Positions 39,429 to 48,574 of a DNA stretch of 64,000 nt are shown here, one piece after another (within the stretch, counting starts at the first letter, position 1; each line of letters begins with the position of its first letter). Both the position numbers and the translations under genes were made by a program. The notes under the pieces were generated by a model. The model did no database searches. It was not told the DNA's origin and was given only the letters and a program-made list of their open reading frames with translations. The stretch is from an uncultured Candidatus Binatia bacterium. GTDB lineage: Bacteria; Desulfobacterota; Binatia; UBA9968; JAJDTQ01. The stretch lies in the NCBI GenBank assembly GCA_965242525.1, contig OZ251459.1, positions 3,264,001 to 3,328,000 of the forward strand. Direction: 5' to 3'.

Positions 39429-40226
39429 GGCTCTTCGGGAGTTCGTGTGGATAAGGTAGGGGGGAAAGGGGAGTCACATAGGTCAGGCCGTCACTTCTCG
39501 GCTTCCGCGGAGCCTGCCCCGGCAAGCATAAGCCGACAGGCAGCAAGCTAGCAGCCAAGCATCGCGGACGCCTACCACGTCCTCCCCGCCGACGCTTACC
39601 CCATCATCCCCGCGAAAGCCCACCACGTCATTCCCGCAGACGCCCGCCTCGTCATTCCCGCGAAAGCGGGAATCCACTTTCAGCGATCTCATCATACAAA
39701 TCTCTCCAGGTCGGATTACCCTTCTCCATCAGATCAATCTTCCATGCCCGATTCCATTTCTTGACGGCCCTTTCTCTCTGGATAGCGCTTTCCATGGATT
39801 CATGAACCTCGTACCAAACCAACCGGTGGACAAGGTAACGTTTCGTGAATCCTTCTGTCCAATTATTCCTGTGTTGCCAGATCCGCTGAATGGGATTCGA
39901 CGTGACACCGACATACAGAGTGCCATGGGGTTTGCTCGCAAGGATGTAAACACAGGGAGTTTTCATGGAAATCCTTGGATTCCCGCTTTCGCGGGAATGA
40001 CGGGAGTGGGCTTTCGCGGGGATGACGTGGTGGGCGTCTGCGGGAATGACGGGGTAGGCATCGGCGAGGAGGACGGAGCGGGCTTTCGCGGGGATGACGT
40101 GGTAGGCGTCCGCGACGCTTGGCTTGCTGCCTGCCGGGGCAGGCTCCGCAAAAAGCTGGAATGACGGCCGGACCCCTGTCGCTCTCCCTTCCTCTCCTAC
40201 CTATCCATACAAAAGCCGGAAGAGCC
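39429..40226. mobile_element. Family B element carrying a GIY-YIG nuclease between ~250-bp inverted arms
   Basis: Arm 39429-39676 aligns with the reverse complement of 39976-40226 (end motif, purine tract, GCGGAGCCTGCCCCGGCA, half-repeats, hairpin). Confidence 0.82.
39652..39966 (-). CDS. Small stand-alone GIY-YIG nuclease
   Basis: CVYILAS..GTLYVGVT..RIWQH..FTKRY..LVWYE..AIQRE..KKWNRAWKIDL..NPTWRDL. Confidence 0.95.
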   Translation of the reverse strand: MKTPCVYILASKPHGTLYVGVTSNPIQRIWQHRNNWTEGFTKRYLVHRLVWYEVHESMESAIQRERAVKKWNRAWKIDLMEKGNPTWRDLYDEIAESGFPLSRE

Positions 40227-40259
40227 GCTGTATCAGGAATGCCGAAGTCGGTTCGAACG

Positions 40260-40565
40260 TCACCGCGGCGTCTCCCGCGGCAGACGCCGCGTCGGCAGTT
40301 CCGTGGTCGGATCCAGGCCCAGGCGAAGGCGCCAGAAGCTCCAGGAACGGCGGTTGAAGACGCCTATGGGCGGGTCGTGCAGGACGCGGCGCAGGTCGGA
40401 CGGGGAGACCAGCGATAGCAGCCAGCGGACGTCGGCAGCGGCGCCGAGGGTCATCGTCTGGGCCAGGAGAAGCCGCGGGTCTTCCAGGGTGCGTTCCGCG
40501 GGTTGCCACCAGACGTACTTGCGCGCCATGGTTGCGGCGCGCTCGTCGTTCGCCAGACGGTCCAT
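40260..40565 (-). CDS. Small protein resembling putative antitoxins found upstream of AbiEii-type nucleotidyltransferases
   Basis: ARKYVWWQP..LLAQTMTLG..DV..GVFNRRSWSFWRLRLGL..P.RRL; family link is from recall, not a search. Confidence 0.65.
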   Translation of the reverse strand: MDRLANDERAATMARKYVWWQPAERTLEDPRLLLAQTMTLGAAADVRWLLSLVSPSDLRRVLHDPPIGVFNRRSWSFWRLRLGLDPTTELPTRRLPRETPR

Positions 40566-40644
40566 CGAACCCATCATACAACCATGCGGGTTCGAGTTTA
40601 AGGGGAGGAACGCCTGATCCGTGCCGGCTCTCCCTTGGGAAAGC

Positions 40645-40886
40645 GCGTCCTTCGACTTCGCTTCGCTACGCTCAGGACGAACGGGATACTTCACTTCGCT
40701 CGGGACGAACGGGGACCTTCGCTACGCTACGCTCAGGGTAACCGGGATTCTTCGCTATGCCACGTCAGGATGAACGGGGGCCGTCGTTCGTTACGTTTGG
40801 GACCAATGAGGACCTTTGCTATGCTGCCACGCTCAGGACCGTTGGGAGTCTTTGCCACGCTGCTGCGCTGAGGACGAACGGGGACC
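40645..40886. repeat. Tandem array of about 7 degenerate family A core units
   Basis: Repeated CTTCGCTACGCTCAGGACGAACGGGGA-like units with ~30-38 bp period. Confidence 0.75.
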
Positions 40887-40901
40887 GGTGTTCCGGCTTC
40901 C

Positions 40902-43046
40902 TCAACGGCTCTCCGCCTTGGAGATGCGGCACGGCAGTCCGCGTGTGTCCGCGGAGCCGGTCACCGGGTCCCAGGGGCCGTCGTACCGCATGGCGGCGTT
41001 GATGTTGACTTCCAGCGCGCCGCGGTCCGGCCCGTCGGCCTCCGGATACCACCAGCCCATGCCGGTCCGCGCCACCCCGGGCAGGGTCGCCTCGGTGACC
41101 CGCACCTTGAGGCGGCAGCGGCCCGGACCGTCCGCGGTCTCTACCCACACCCAGTCGTCCTGGGCCAGCCGGTAACGCGCCGCGGTCTCCGGATGCAGTT
41201 GGAGCCACGGGTCGGGCGAGACCTTGCGGGCCCAGCCCTGGTCCCGGAACCGCGAGTGGTGGTAGGTGCGCTCCCGCACGCCGGTGAGCAGGGTCAACGG
41301 GTAGGCGCGGCGCACCGCCTCGGTCTCGCGTTCCGTTCGGGTGGGGGTGTAGTCCGGCAGCGGGTCGAGGCCCAGCTCGGCCAGCCGCTCGGAATAGAGT
41401 TCCACCTTGCCGGTCTTGGTCTTGAAGCCGGCGGCGGCGAAGTCTCCGCGGGCGTACGGGAAGCTGGCGTACCCCGTTTCCCGCATCTGCTCCATGGTGA
41501 CGCCGCAGTCGCCCAGCAGGAACTCGTTGAACTCGCGCTTGGTCTCCCAGGGGATGAACCGCCGGGCTTCGGCCACCCCGCGGGCTTCCAGGCGCCGGGC
41601 CAGGTCCCGGGCGATGCGAAAGTCGCCGCGGGCCTCGCCCTGCGGCGCCACCGCGGGCTGGACCAGGCTCAGGCACGGCCCGGAGGCCTCCAGCGATACC
41701 TCCTCGTCCTCCAGCCCGGTGGTCTTGGGCAGCACCATGTCCGCGTATTCCGCGGTGGGGTTCATCATGTGGGTGGCCACCGCGAGGAAGTCCAGGGACT
41801 TGAGGGCCGCCAGGGTCTTCGGCGTGTCCGGATAGGTGACCGCGATGTTGACGCCGCTGATGTACATGGCGCGCACCGGGTAGGGCTTGCCGGTGAGCAC
41901 CGCTTCGATGACCGAAGGGTTGTGGCACGCGGTCTGCCAGCCCTCGGGTCCGGCCCATAGCGGGAACCGGTCCGCGCCGATGGTCTGCTTCTCCACCGCC
42001 AGGGACAGGCGGAACTCCGGCTTGTGGAGCACCTCGATATAGTTGGTGAAGCCGGCCGGCCGCTTGACGCGCCGGTTGCCCCCCTTGCGGTCCAGGTTGC
42101 CGCTGACGGCCACCAGGGCATGGAACGCGCGGAAGGTCTGGACCCCGGCGCTGAAGGCGTCGATGCCGTGCCCGCTCACGAAGCAGGAGGGGCCGTTGGC
42201 GTACAACTCCGCGGCCCGTTCGATGTCCGCCTGCGGCACGCCGGTGAGCTCCGCGGCGCGGCTCGCGGGATACCGGGCCGCCCGTTGGGCCAGCGCGTCG
42301 AAGCCGTGGCACCAGCGGGCGACGAAGTCGCGGTCGTAGCGGTCGTGCAGGATCAGCCAGTGGACCATGGCCAGGCCGATGGCGGCGTCGGCGCCGGGCC
42401 GGGGCCGCAGCCACAGGTCGGCCATGGCGGCCGCGGGCGTCTCCGCAGGGTCGATGACCACCATGCGCGCGCCTCGGCCTCGGGCGCGTTTGAGGGCCTG
42501 CCACTGGGGCGGGTGCGCGGCCGCGGGGTTTCGCCCGACCACGAGCGCGCAGCGGGTGTGGTCGATGTCCTCGCCGTTGCCCATGGCGAGCCCCGTAATC
42601 CGGTCGCTCAGGGCGCGGCACCCGCCGCACAGGTCCTGGTTCATCATCCAGTTGGGCGACCCCAGGGCCCGCAGCAGCAGCGCCACCATGACGCCGCGGC
42701 TGAAATGCGCGTTGCTGACCGCGCCGCAGAGTGCTGTGGGGCCGTACCGGCCGCGGACGCTCAGCATGGCGTCGGCCATCTCGTCCAGCGCCTCGTCCCA
42801 GGACAGGCGCCGCCATTGCCCGCCGCCCCGGGGCCCGGTGCGTTTCATGGGGTAGAGCACCCGGTCCGGATGGTATGTCAACTCGGGCAGCCCGCGGATT
42901 CCCTTGACGCAGAACGCCCCCCGCGACGCAGGGTGGTCCGGATTGGGCGCGACCCGGGTCACGCGCCCGTCCTCCACCGTGACCAGCGCCCCGCAATGGG
43001 CGCTGCACTCCCAGCAGGTGCTCGGGATGACCTTGCGTTCGTTCAT
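40902..43046 (-). CDS. Molybdopterin (bis-MGD) oxidoreductase, DMSO reductase family
   Basis: CWECSAHC..FCVKG 4Fe-4S, PDRVLYPMKR, VIDP, ADMVLP, TKTGKVEL, C-terminal HSRFR binding domain. Confidence 0.93.
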   Translation of the reverse strand: MNERKVIPSTCWECSAHCGALVTVEDGRVTRVAPNPDHPASRGAFCVKGIRGLPELTYHPDRVLYPMKRTGPRGGGQWRRLSWDEALDEMADAMLSVRGRYGPTALCGAVSNAHFSRGVMVALLLRALGSPNWMMNQDLCGGCRALSDRITGLAMGNGEDIDHTRCALVVGRNPAAAHPPQWQALKRARGRGARMVVIDPAETPAAAMADLWLRPRPGADAAIGLAMVHWLILHDRYDRDFVARWCHGFDALAQRAARYPASRAAELTGVPQADIERAAELYANGPSCFVSGHGIDAFSAGVQTFRAFHALVAVSGNLDRKGGNRRVKRPAGFTNYIEVLHKPEFRLSLAVEKQTIGADRFPLWAGPEGWQTACHNPSVIEAVLTGKPYPVRAMYISGVNIAVTYPDTPKTLAALKSLDFLAVATHMMNPTAEYADMVLPKTTGLEDEEVSLEASGPCLSLVQPAVAPQGEARGDFRIARDLARRLEARGVAEARRFIPWETKREFNEFLLGDCGVTMEQMRETGYASFPYARGDFAAAGFKTKTGKVELYSERLAELGLDPLPDYTPTRTERETEAVRRAYPLTLLTGVRERTYHHSRFRDQGWARKVSPDPWLQLHPETAARYRLAQDDWVWVETADGPGRCRLKVRVTEATLPGVARTGMGWWYPEADGPDRGALEVNINAAMRYDGPWDPVTGSADTRGLPCRISKAESR

Positions 43047-43070
43047 GGCGTGCCGTTCCGTCGAACTACA

Positions 43071-43408
43071 GGAACCTCTGAACCATCAGGACATCCAGGA
43101 TGGACCCGCACCCTGACCCTCCTATCCCCGTCCGTCCTGAGCGTAGCGAAGTCGAAGGACGCGTAGCGAAGCGGAGACCTCCGTTCATCCTGAGCGTAGC
43201 GAAGCGGAGTCGAAGGACGCGCTCATGCCCCCTGTCCCGATCGTCCAGGGTTTCCTCTATATATTCTTGCTTGCCTTGCCAAGGGAATCCACTGAAGATG
43301 CGCTGGACCCCCGTCCTTCGACTCCGCTTTGCTATGCTCAAACGAACGGGGATAGGAGGGTCAGGGTGGGGGAGTCCATCCCGGATGTCTCGATTGTTCA
43401 GAGTTGCC
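43071..43408. mobile_element. Family A MITE with duplicated core (43071-43255) and inverted partial copy (43312-43408)
   Basis: GGAACCTCTGAACCATC end, two cores, GATCGTCCAGGGTTTCC end; then reverse copy. Confidence 0.82.
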
Positions 43409-43487
43409 TTGACATTGTGATGGCCCACGGCTATTTACCGTTGAAGGTGGGGTTCGGTCCCGAACCATGATCCGAAAAGGAGATCCG

Positions 43488-43883
43488 ATGAAACAGTTGA
43501 TTGGGATAGCGCTTGTTCTGATCCTGACATGCTCGCCGGCTATCGTTGCGGCACAGGTTGTCGAAGGCGCGGCTGCCGGGGCGGCGGGCGCCGCTGGTGC
43601 TGCTGCGGGCGGGGGAGCTGCTGGTGCGGCGGGTGCTGCCGGGGCTGCTGGCGCCGCCGGGGCTGCTGGTGCTGCCGGGGCCGCCGGAGCTGCTGGTGCT
43701 GCTGCCGCAGGCGCCGCCGGGGCTGCGGCGGGCGCCGCTGCCGCCGGCGCTGCTGCTGCTGGCGCGGCGGGCGCGATGGCCGGTGCAATCGTTGTGGCTG
43801 GCGCCGTAGCCGGTGTCGCCGCTGCCGCCGCTGCCGCTTCCGACTCCAGCGGCACCACCTCTACGCCAGATCAAACTCAATAG
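43488..43883 (+). CDS. Secreted Ala/Gly low-complexity protein, YjbE/GfcA-like by position and architecture
   Basis: AAGGAG RBS, signal peptide, (AAG)n, hydrophobic segment, Ser/Thr tail; first gene before yjbH-like. Confidence 0.72.
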   Translation: MKQLIGIALVLILTCSPAIVAAQVVEGAAAGAAGAAGAAAGGGAAGAAGAAGAAGAAGAAGAAGAAGAAGAAAAGAAGAAAGAAAAGAAAAGAAGAMAGAIVVAGAVAGVAAAAAAASDSSGTTSTPDQTQ

Positions 43884-44057
43884 GAAACGGCGCTCTCCAA
43901 CGGGACCTTGCGGCGAACCGGGGCCCCACCTTTCGGCAAGGACGATGGCCTTGTCGAACCCCTGCCAGGGAGGAGGGACCGCCCAAGGTGGAAGGGAGAC
44001 CGCGTCCCTGCGCAAACCGGAAGACCGAATCCTCGCCCATGAGATCCCTTGCCGACC

Positions 44058-46334
44058 ATGCGGCGTCCTGAAGCCCTCGCCGCGTTGGCAGCCATCCTGT
44101 CCTGTCTCGCGGCGACCCCGGCTTGGACGCAGGAATCGTGGGAGCGGAACCTCACGCGCGAGCGTGCGAGCGCCGGCGATTTCGGCGGCGTCGGCCTGCT
44201 CCAGACGCGTACTGCGCGTTTCTCGGAAGACGGACAGTTCACGTTCGGGGCCGCGTTCCTCCATCCCTACGACGTCTATTCCCTGTCCTGGCAGTTCCTG
44301 CCGTGGCTCGAAGCCACGTTCCGCTACTCCAAGAGCGAGACCTTCGACAAGTCGCTGGACCTGAAGTTCCGGCTGCTCCATGAGACCCGCGGCAGGCCGG
44401 AGGTCGCCCTGGGCTTTCAGGACGTCCTGGGCACGGGCCTGTTCAGCGGCGAGTACCTGGTCGCCAGCAAGCGCTTCGGCGACTTCGACCTGAGCCTCGG
44501 CGTGGTCTGGGGGTACGGCGTGGGCGGCGACGGCCTGTTCCGGAACCCTTTCACCTGGCTGTCCGACCGCTTCGACGAGCGTACCGTCAACACCACGGGC
44601 GACCCGGGCTTCGAAGCCTTGTTCACGGGCCGGGAAATCGACCTGTTCGGCGGGATCGAGTACCACACTCCCGTCGAAGGCCTGTCCGTGAAGGTGGAGT
44701 ACGACCCCAACGACTACGAGCGGGAGCCCCACGGCGCGTTGGACCACGACCTGCCCGTCAATTTCGGCCTGGCCTACCGGCCCTGGCACTGGGTCGAGGC
44801 CGGTCTCGCCTACGAACGCGGCAACACGGTGATGGCGCGCCTCGCCCTCAGGGCCGATTTCAACGCCGACGCCCGGCCGCCCAAGCCCGCGGACCCGCGG
44901 CCGCCCAAGTTGGAGCGACGCGCCCATGCGGAACGCGCTCCGACGCTCGACCGTACCACAGGGGTCGTGCCGACGGACACGGGACCGGTGGACGACGTTC
45001 AGGCCCACGCCGCCGCAGCCGATGAGTACCGCAGGGGTCGCGCCGACGGACACGGGACCGGCGCCCCGGCGGGCAGCCCGGCCGCACACGAGGCCGCGGA
45101 CCGCCAGCCGGCGCCGGAGGACGCCCGGGCCATCGCCGAAAAGGTCTTCGCGGAGCTCCCCGCCCAGGGGCTGAGCGGCATCGCCTTTCGACTCGCCCGC
45201 GCCCGCGCCACCGTCGTGGTCGCGTCCATGCGGTTCCCGGAACCCTCCCGCAACGTGGGCCGGGCGGCGCGCGTGGTGGCCCGCCACGCCCCCCCGGAAG
45301 TCGAAGAGATCTCGGTGGTGCTTCGCGCCCGCGGCATCGACTTGACCGCGGTCACCCTCGTGCGCCGCCACCTGGAAGACATGGCGCTGGGCTCCGGCAG
45401 CCCCGAGGAGACGCTTCGTTCCGCCCGCTTCGAGCGGCCCCGCCCGCTGCCCCCGGACGCCCTCAGCGTCCGCAACGACCACGCCTATCCCCGGTTCGAC
45501 TGGGGCCTGAACCCCGCGATCCGGCACCACGTCGGCGCCCCGGAGCACCCCTACCTGTTCCAGCTCCGGGCGCAGCTATCGGGCGGCGTCGAGGTCCTGC
45601 CCGGCTTGCGCGCGAGCGCGGACTTCGGGTTCGACATCTACAATGAATACGACCGGATCTCCCGCGGGCCGAAAGGCCAACTGGAGCCGGTCCGCAGCAA
45701 CGTCAAGGAGTATTTGCAGCAGGGCAAGCACGTGCTGGCGGGGGCGCAGGCCGACTACCTCTTCTCGCTTGCGCCGGACTGGTACGCCCGCGCCGCGGTG
45801 GGCTATTTCGAGACCATGTTCGGCGGGGTCAGCGGCGAGGTCCTGTACCGCCGCCAGGACTCCCGCTGGGCCGCGGGGGTCGAGGTCAGCCACGTGTGGC
45901 AGCGCGACTTCGACCAACTGCTCGGTTTCCGGGACTACGACACGACCACGGGCCACGTCTCGCTGTACTACGAGCTGCCCTGGCACGACCTCGAAGCCGC
46001 GGTCCACGGGGGGCGCTACCTGGCCCGGGACTGGGGCGCCACCTTCCAACTCTCCCGGCGGTTCAGGAGCGGCATCGAGTTCGGCGGGTTCTTCACCCTC
46101 ACCAACGTCTCGGACGCCGAGTTCGGCGAGGGGGGCTTCGACAAGGGGCTGTTCTTCCGGGTGCCCCTGAACCTGCTCCTGCCCTATTCGACCCGCGAAT
46201 CGGCCGGGACCATCTTCCGGCCGTTGACGGGCGACGGCGGGCAGATGCTGGCGGTGGGTCCGAAGCTGTACAAGGTCACCGAAGAAGGACAACTCGACGC
46301 GCTCCATCGCCGCCCCCTGGGGCTGCGGGACTGA
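44058..46334 (+). CDS. YjbH/GfcD family outer-membrane exopolysaccharide protein
   Basis: DFGGVGLLQTRTAR, QFLPWLEATFRYS, GTGLFSGEYLVASK, GRYLARDWG, FGEGGFDKG. Confidence 0.92.
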   Translation: MRRPEALAALAAILSCLAATPAWTQESWERNLTRERASAGDFGGVGLLQTRTARFSEDGQFTFGAAFLHPYDVYSLSWQFLPWLEATFRYSKSETFDKSLDLKFRLLHETRGRPEVALGFQDVLGTGLFSGEYLVASKRFGDFDLSLGVVWGYGVGGDGLFRNPFTWLSDRFDERTVNTTGDPGFEALFTGREIDLFGGIEYHTPVEGLSVKVEYDPNDYEREPHGALDHDLPVNFGLAYRPWHWVEAGLAYERGNTVMARLALRADFNADARPPKPADPRPPKLERRAHAERAPTLDRTTGVVPTDTGPVDDVQAHAAAADEYRRGRADGHGTGAPAGSPAAHEAADRQPAPEDARAIAEKVFAELPAQGLSGIAFRLARARATVVVASMRFPEPSRNVGRAARVVARHAPPEVEEISVVLRARGIDLTAVTLVRRHLEDMALGSGSPEETLRSARFERPRPLPPDALSVRNDHAYPRFDWGLNPAIRHHVGAPEHPYLFQLRAQLSGGVEVLPGLRASADFGFDIYNEYDRISRGPKGQLEPVRSNVKEYLQQGKHVLAGAQADYLFSLAPDWYARAAVGYFETMFGGVSGEVLYRRQDSRWAAGVEVSHVWQRDFDQLLGFRDYDTTTGHVSLYYELPWHDLEAAVHGGRYLARDWGATFQLSRRFRSGIEFGGFFTLTNVSDAEFGEGGFDKGLFFRVPLNLLLPYSTRESAGTIFRPLTGDGGQMLAVGPKLYKVTEEGQLDALHRRPLGLRD

Positions 46335-46434
46335 GGGCCATGGGCGTGTCGTTGACAAGCTCCGGGCAATCGACTACTCGGCCGCCATGGGCGGCGACGG
46401 AGGCGCGGGCGGTTTGCGGCGCCCGCAGGAAGAC

Positions 46435-47133
46435 GTGACCGGAGACGCGAAACCCCTCGCCGGCTCGGTCTCGCGGCGGGTCGTCCTCGTGTCCGCGGCC
46501 GCGGCGCTGTTGCCCGGCTGCGGCGACAGCCCGGCCCTGCGCGCGCTCGAGTCCAGCTACAACCTCGCTCTGGGCAAGGAGGTCGAGAACCCGCTGACCC
46601 GCGCGCAGATCGATGAAAACCCCTATGCGAGGATCGAGTTGCGCATCGGCAAGCGCGTCCTCGCAGTCCTGGTCCTGCAAGAGCGAGTGGGACCGGACCT
46701 GCTGTGGCGCTCCGCGGACGACGGGATCCTGCAGACGCGCTCCTGGCGCCTGGTCAAGACCGTCAGCCTTCCCACCGACATCGCCGGGACCGAGTTCCTG
46801 TCCCCGGACCCGCTGGCGGAGGGGCTGCACAAGACGGCGAGCGGGACGCGAACGAAGCGCATCGTCGATTTCAGGGACCCGGGGCGCTACGGGAGGGTGG
46901 TGACGTCGCGCTTCGACCACCTCGGCAGCGACCCGGTCACCATCGTCGGACGGACCTATCCGACCCGCTTGGTGCGCGAGGTCAACCACGTGGAGGTGGA
47001 AGGCTGGGAATACGAGAACCGGTACTGGTTCGACCCCGCCACAGGCATCGTCTGGAGGTCCGTCCAGCACGTGGACGGGTCGTTCCCGCCGTTGCGGATC
47101 AGCGTCCTCAAACCCCCGGCCGCCAACGTCTGA
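46435..47133 (+). CDS. YjbF/GfcB family lipoprotein
   Basis: LPGC lipobox, PYARI, WRSAD..LVKT, ENRYWFD..GIVWRSVQH. Confidence 0.85.
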   Translation: MTGDAKPLAGSVSRRVVLVSAAAALLPGCGDSPALRALESSYNLALGKEVENPLTRAQIDENPYARIELRIGKRVLAVLVLQERVGPDLLWRSADDGILQTRSWRLVKTVSLPTDIAGTEFLSPDPLAEGLHKTASGTRTKRIVDFRDPGRYGRVVTSRFDHLGSDPVTIVGRTYPTRLVREVNHVEVEGWEYENRYWFDPATGIVWRSVQHVDGSFPPLRISVLKPPAANV

Positions 47134-47268
47134 GGGAACCGCCGCAACTGCCATGAAGCGCGAGACCGACGCCCTCTCCCTGCCGCCGACGCCGGATGCG
47201 GCCGCGGCCCATGGACCACGGGCGTTCCCCATGGACGACGGGCGTTCCGTTCGCCAGGAGTGACTGCC

Positions 47269-48099
47269 ATGAACCTTTTCCCATGCCTGTGGGCGGCCCT
47301 TGTCCTGGCCGCAACTCCCATGTCCGCAACCGCGGGGGCCGCGGCCCCCGCGGGAGAAACAGCCGAGGCCGGGGAACGGGTGACGCTGGCCGGCGAGTTC
47401 GCACGGCCCGGCGACTACACGGTGCGCAAAGGCGAACGCCTGTCCGAACTGATCCAGCGCGCCGGCGGCCTGACCGAGGTCGCCTTTCCCTATGGCGCGG
47501 TGTTCACCCGGGAACGGGTCCAGCGCGCCGAAGAGACCGCGTTGCGGCGCGCCGTGAGCGAAGTGGACGCGGCGTTGGCGGCGCTGACCTCCCGGACCGG
47601 CACGGATGAGACGCGGACGGTCGCCATGGCGCGGATGTCGGCGCGGCTGCGAGCGGCCCAACCGCTCGGACGCGTCGTCATCGAAGCGGACCCGACTCTG
47701 TTGCGGGTGCGGCCCGGCCTCGACACCGTGCTGGAAGCGGGCGACCGCCTCTTCGTGCCCAGGCGCCCCAACTACGTCACGGTCGTGGGCGGAGTCCAGA
47801 ACCCGAGCGCAGTCCGCTTCCAGCCGGGCATGACCGCAGCCGACTACGTCCGCAGGGCCGGCGGCTTCCAGCCAACCGCGGACGACAGCCGGGTCTTCGT
47901 CATCCTGCCCAACGGAGAAGCCCATCGTGTCGGCGCCTCCCTGTGGAACTACCAGCCCCTGCACGTCCCCCCCGGCAGCACCATCGTCGTCCCGGACGAC
48001 CCCGCGCCCTCCGACCCGGTCCTGCGCAGCCTCGCACCGGTACGGAGCCTGTTGCTGTCCGCGGAGGCGGCGGCGGGGGTGCTGGCGGGGAGGAGGTGA
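47269..48099 (+). CDS. SLBB-domain capsule export protein (GfcC/YjbG/Wza-like)
   Basis: GEFARPGDY..LSELIQRAGGL, LEAGDRLFVPRRP, VGGVQNP, PGSTIVVP. Confidence 0.85.
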   Translation: MNLFPCLWAALVLAATPMSATAGAAAPAGETAEAGERVTLAGEFARPGDYTVRKGERLSELIQRAGGLTEVAFPYGAVFTRERVQRAEETALRRAVSEVDAALAALTSRTGTDETRTVAMARMSARLRAAQPLGRVVIEADPTLLRVRPGLDTVLEAGDRLFVPRRPNYVTVVGGVQNPSAVRFQPGMTAADYVRRAGGFQPTADDSRVFVILPNGEAHRVGASLWNYQPLHVPPGSTIVVPDDPAPSDPVLRSLAPVRSLLLSAEAAAGVLAGRR

Positions 48100-48340
48100 T
48101 TTGGGAGGGGGCCGGAGCCATTGCCGGCAACTAAGCCGTCCGCAGCAACCCCGGGTAAGAGAGATACCCTCGGACCAACCGGATTCCAATGGCGGACGTG
48201 CCGCACCACCCGAACCGCAAGCACCATCAGGCCAACCGTATGGCCTTCAGCTACTCACGTCTCCAAGCCCCATCCCTCACCCACCTACAGGTACGTAACG
48301 GACGCCTCCGCGCCCACTTCCCCATCCCCCTTTCTCTTGG

Positions 48341-48467
48341 GGCTCTTCCGGCTTTTGAGTGGGCAGGGTTTCACGGGCGAGCGTCCCCTCCCCCCTTGAG
48401 GGAGAGGGAATCGAAGTTCTTCGCGTGAGTGGAAAATGTCACAATCCACACGAATTCCGGAAGCGTC
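48341..48467. mobile_element. Miniature element with family B ends and a different internal hairpin
   Basis: GGCTCTTCCGGCTTTTGAGTGGG ... CCACACGAATTCCGGAAGCGTC enclosing CCCCTCCCCCCTTGAGGGAGAGGG. Confidence 0.65.
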
Positions 48468-48574
48468 AAATGTTTCCAGGAATAATCAATAAGAGCACTG
48501 GAACAAGACCGTAGTAGCAACATTGCTATCAGGTCTTGCACATTTTTACGTTCGCTAAAACAAAGGAAGCTACA

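Noticed and set aside
40902-43046. Assignment as acetylene hydratase or nitrate/formate reductase
   Set aside because: The Fe-S motif CWECSAHC lacks the Asp following the second Cys in acetylene hydratase, and no partner subunits are adjacent; left at family level.
47209-47248. 20-bp tandem duplication CCATGGACsACGGGCGTTCC upstream of the SLBB gene
   Set aside because: Two copies only and no other occurrence noticed; likely local slippage.
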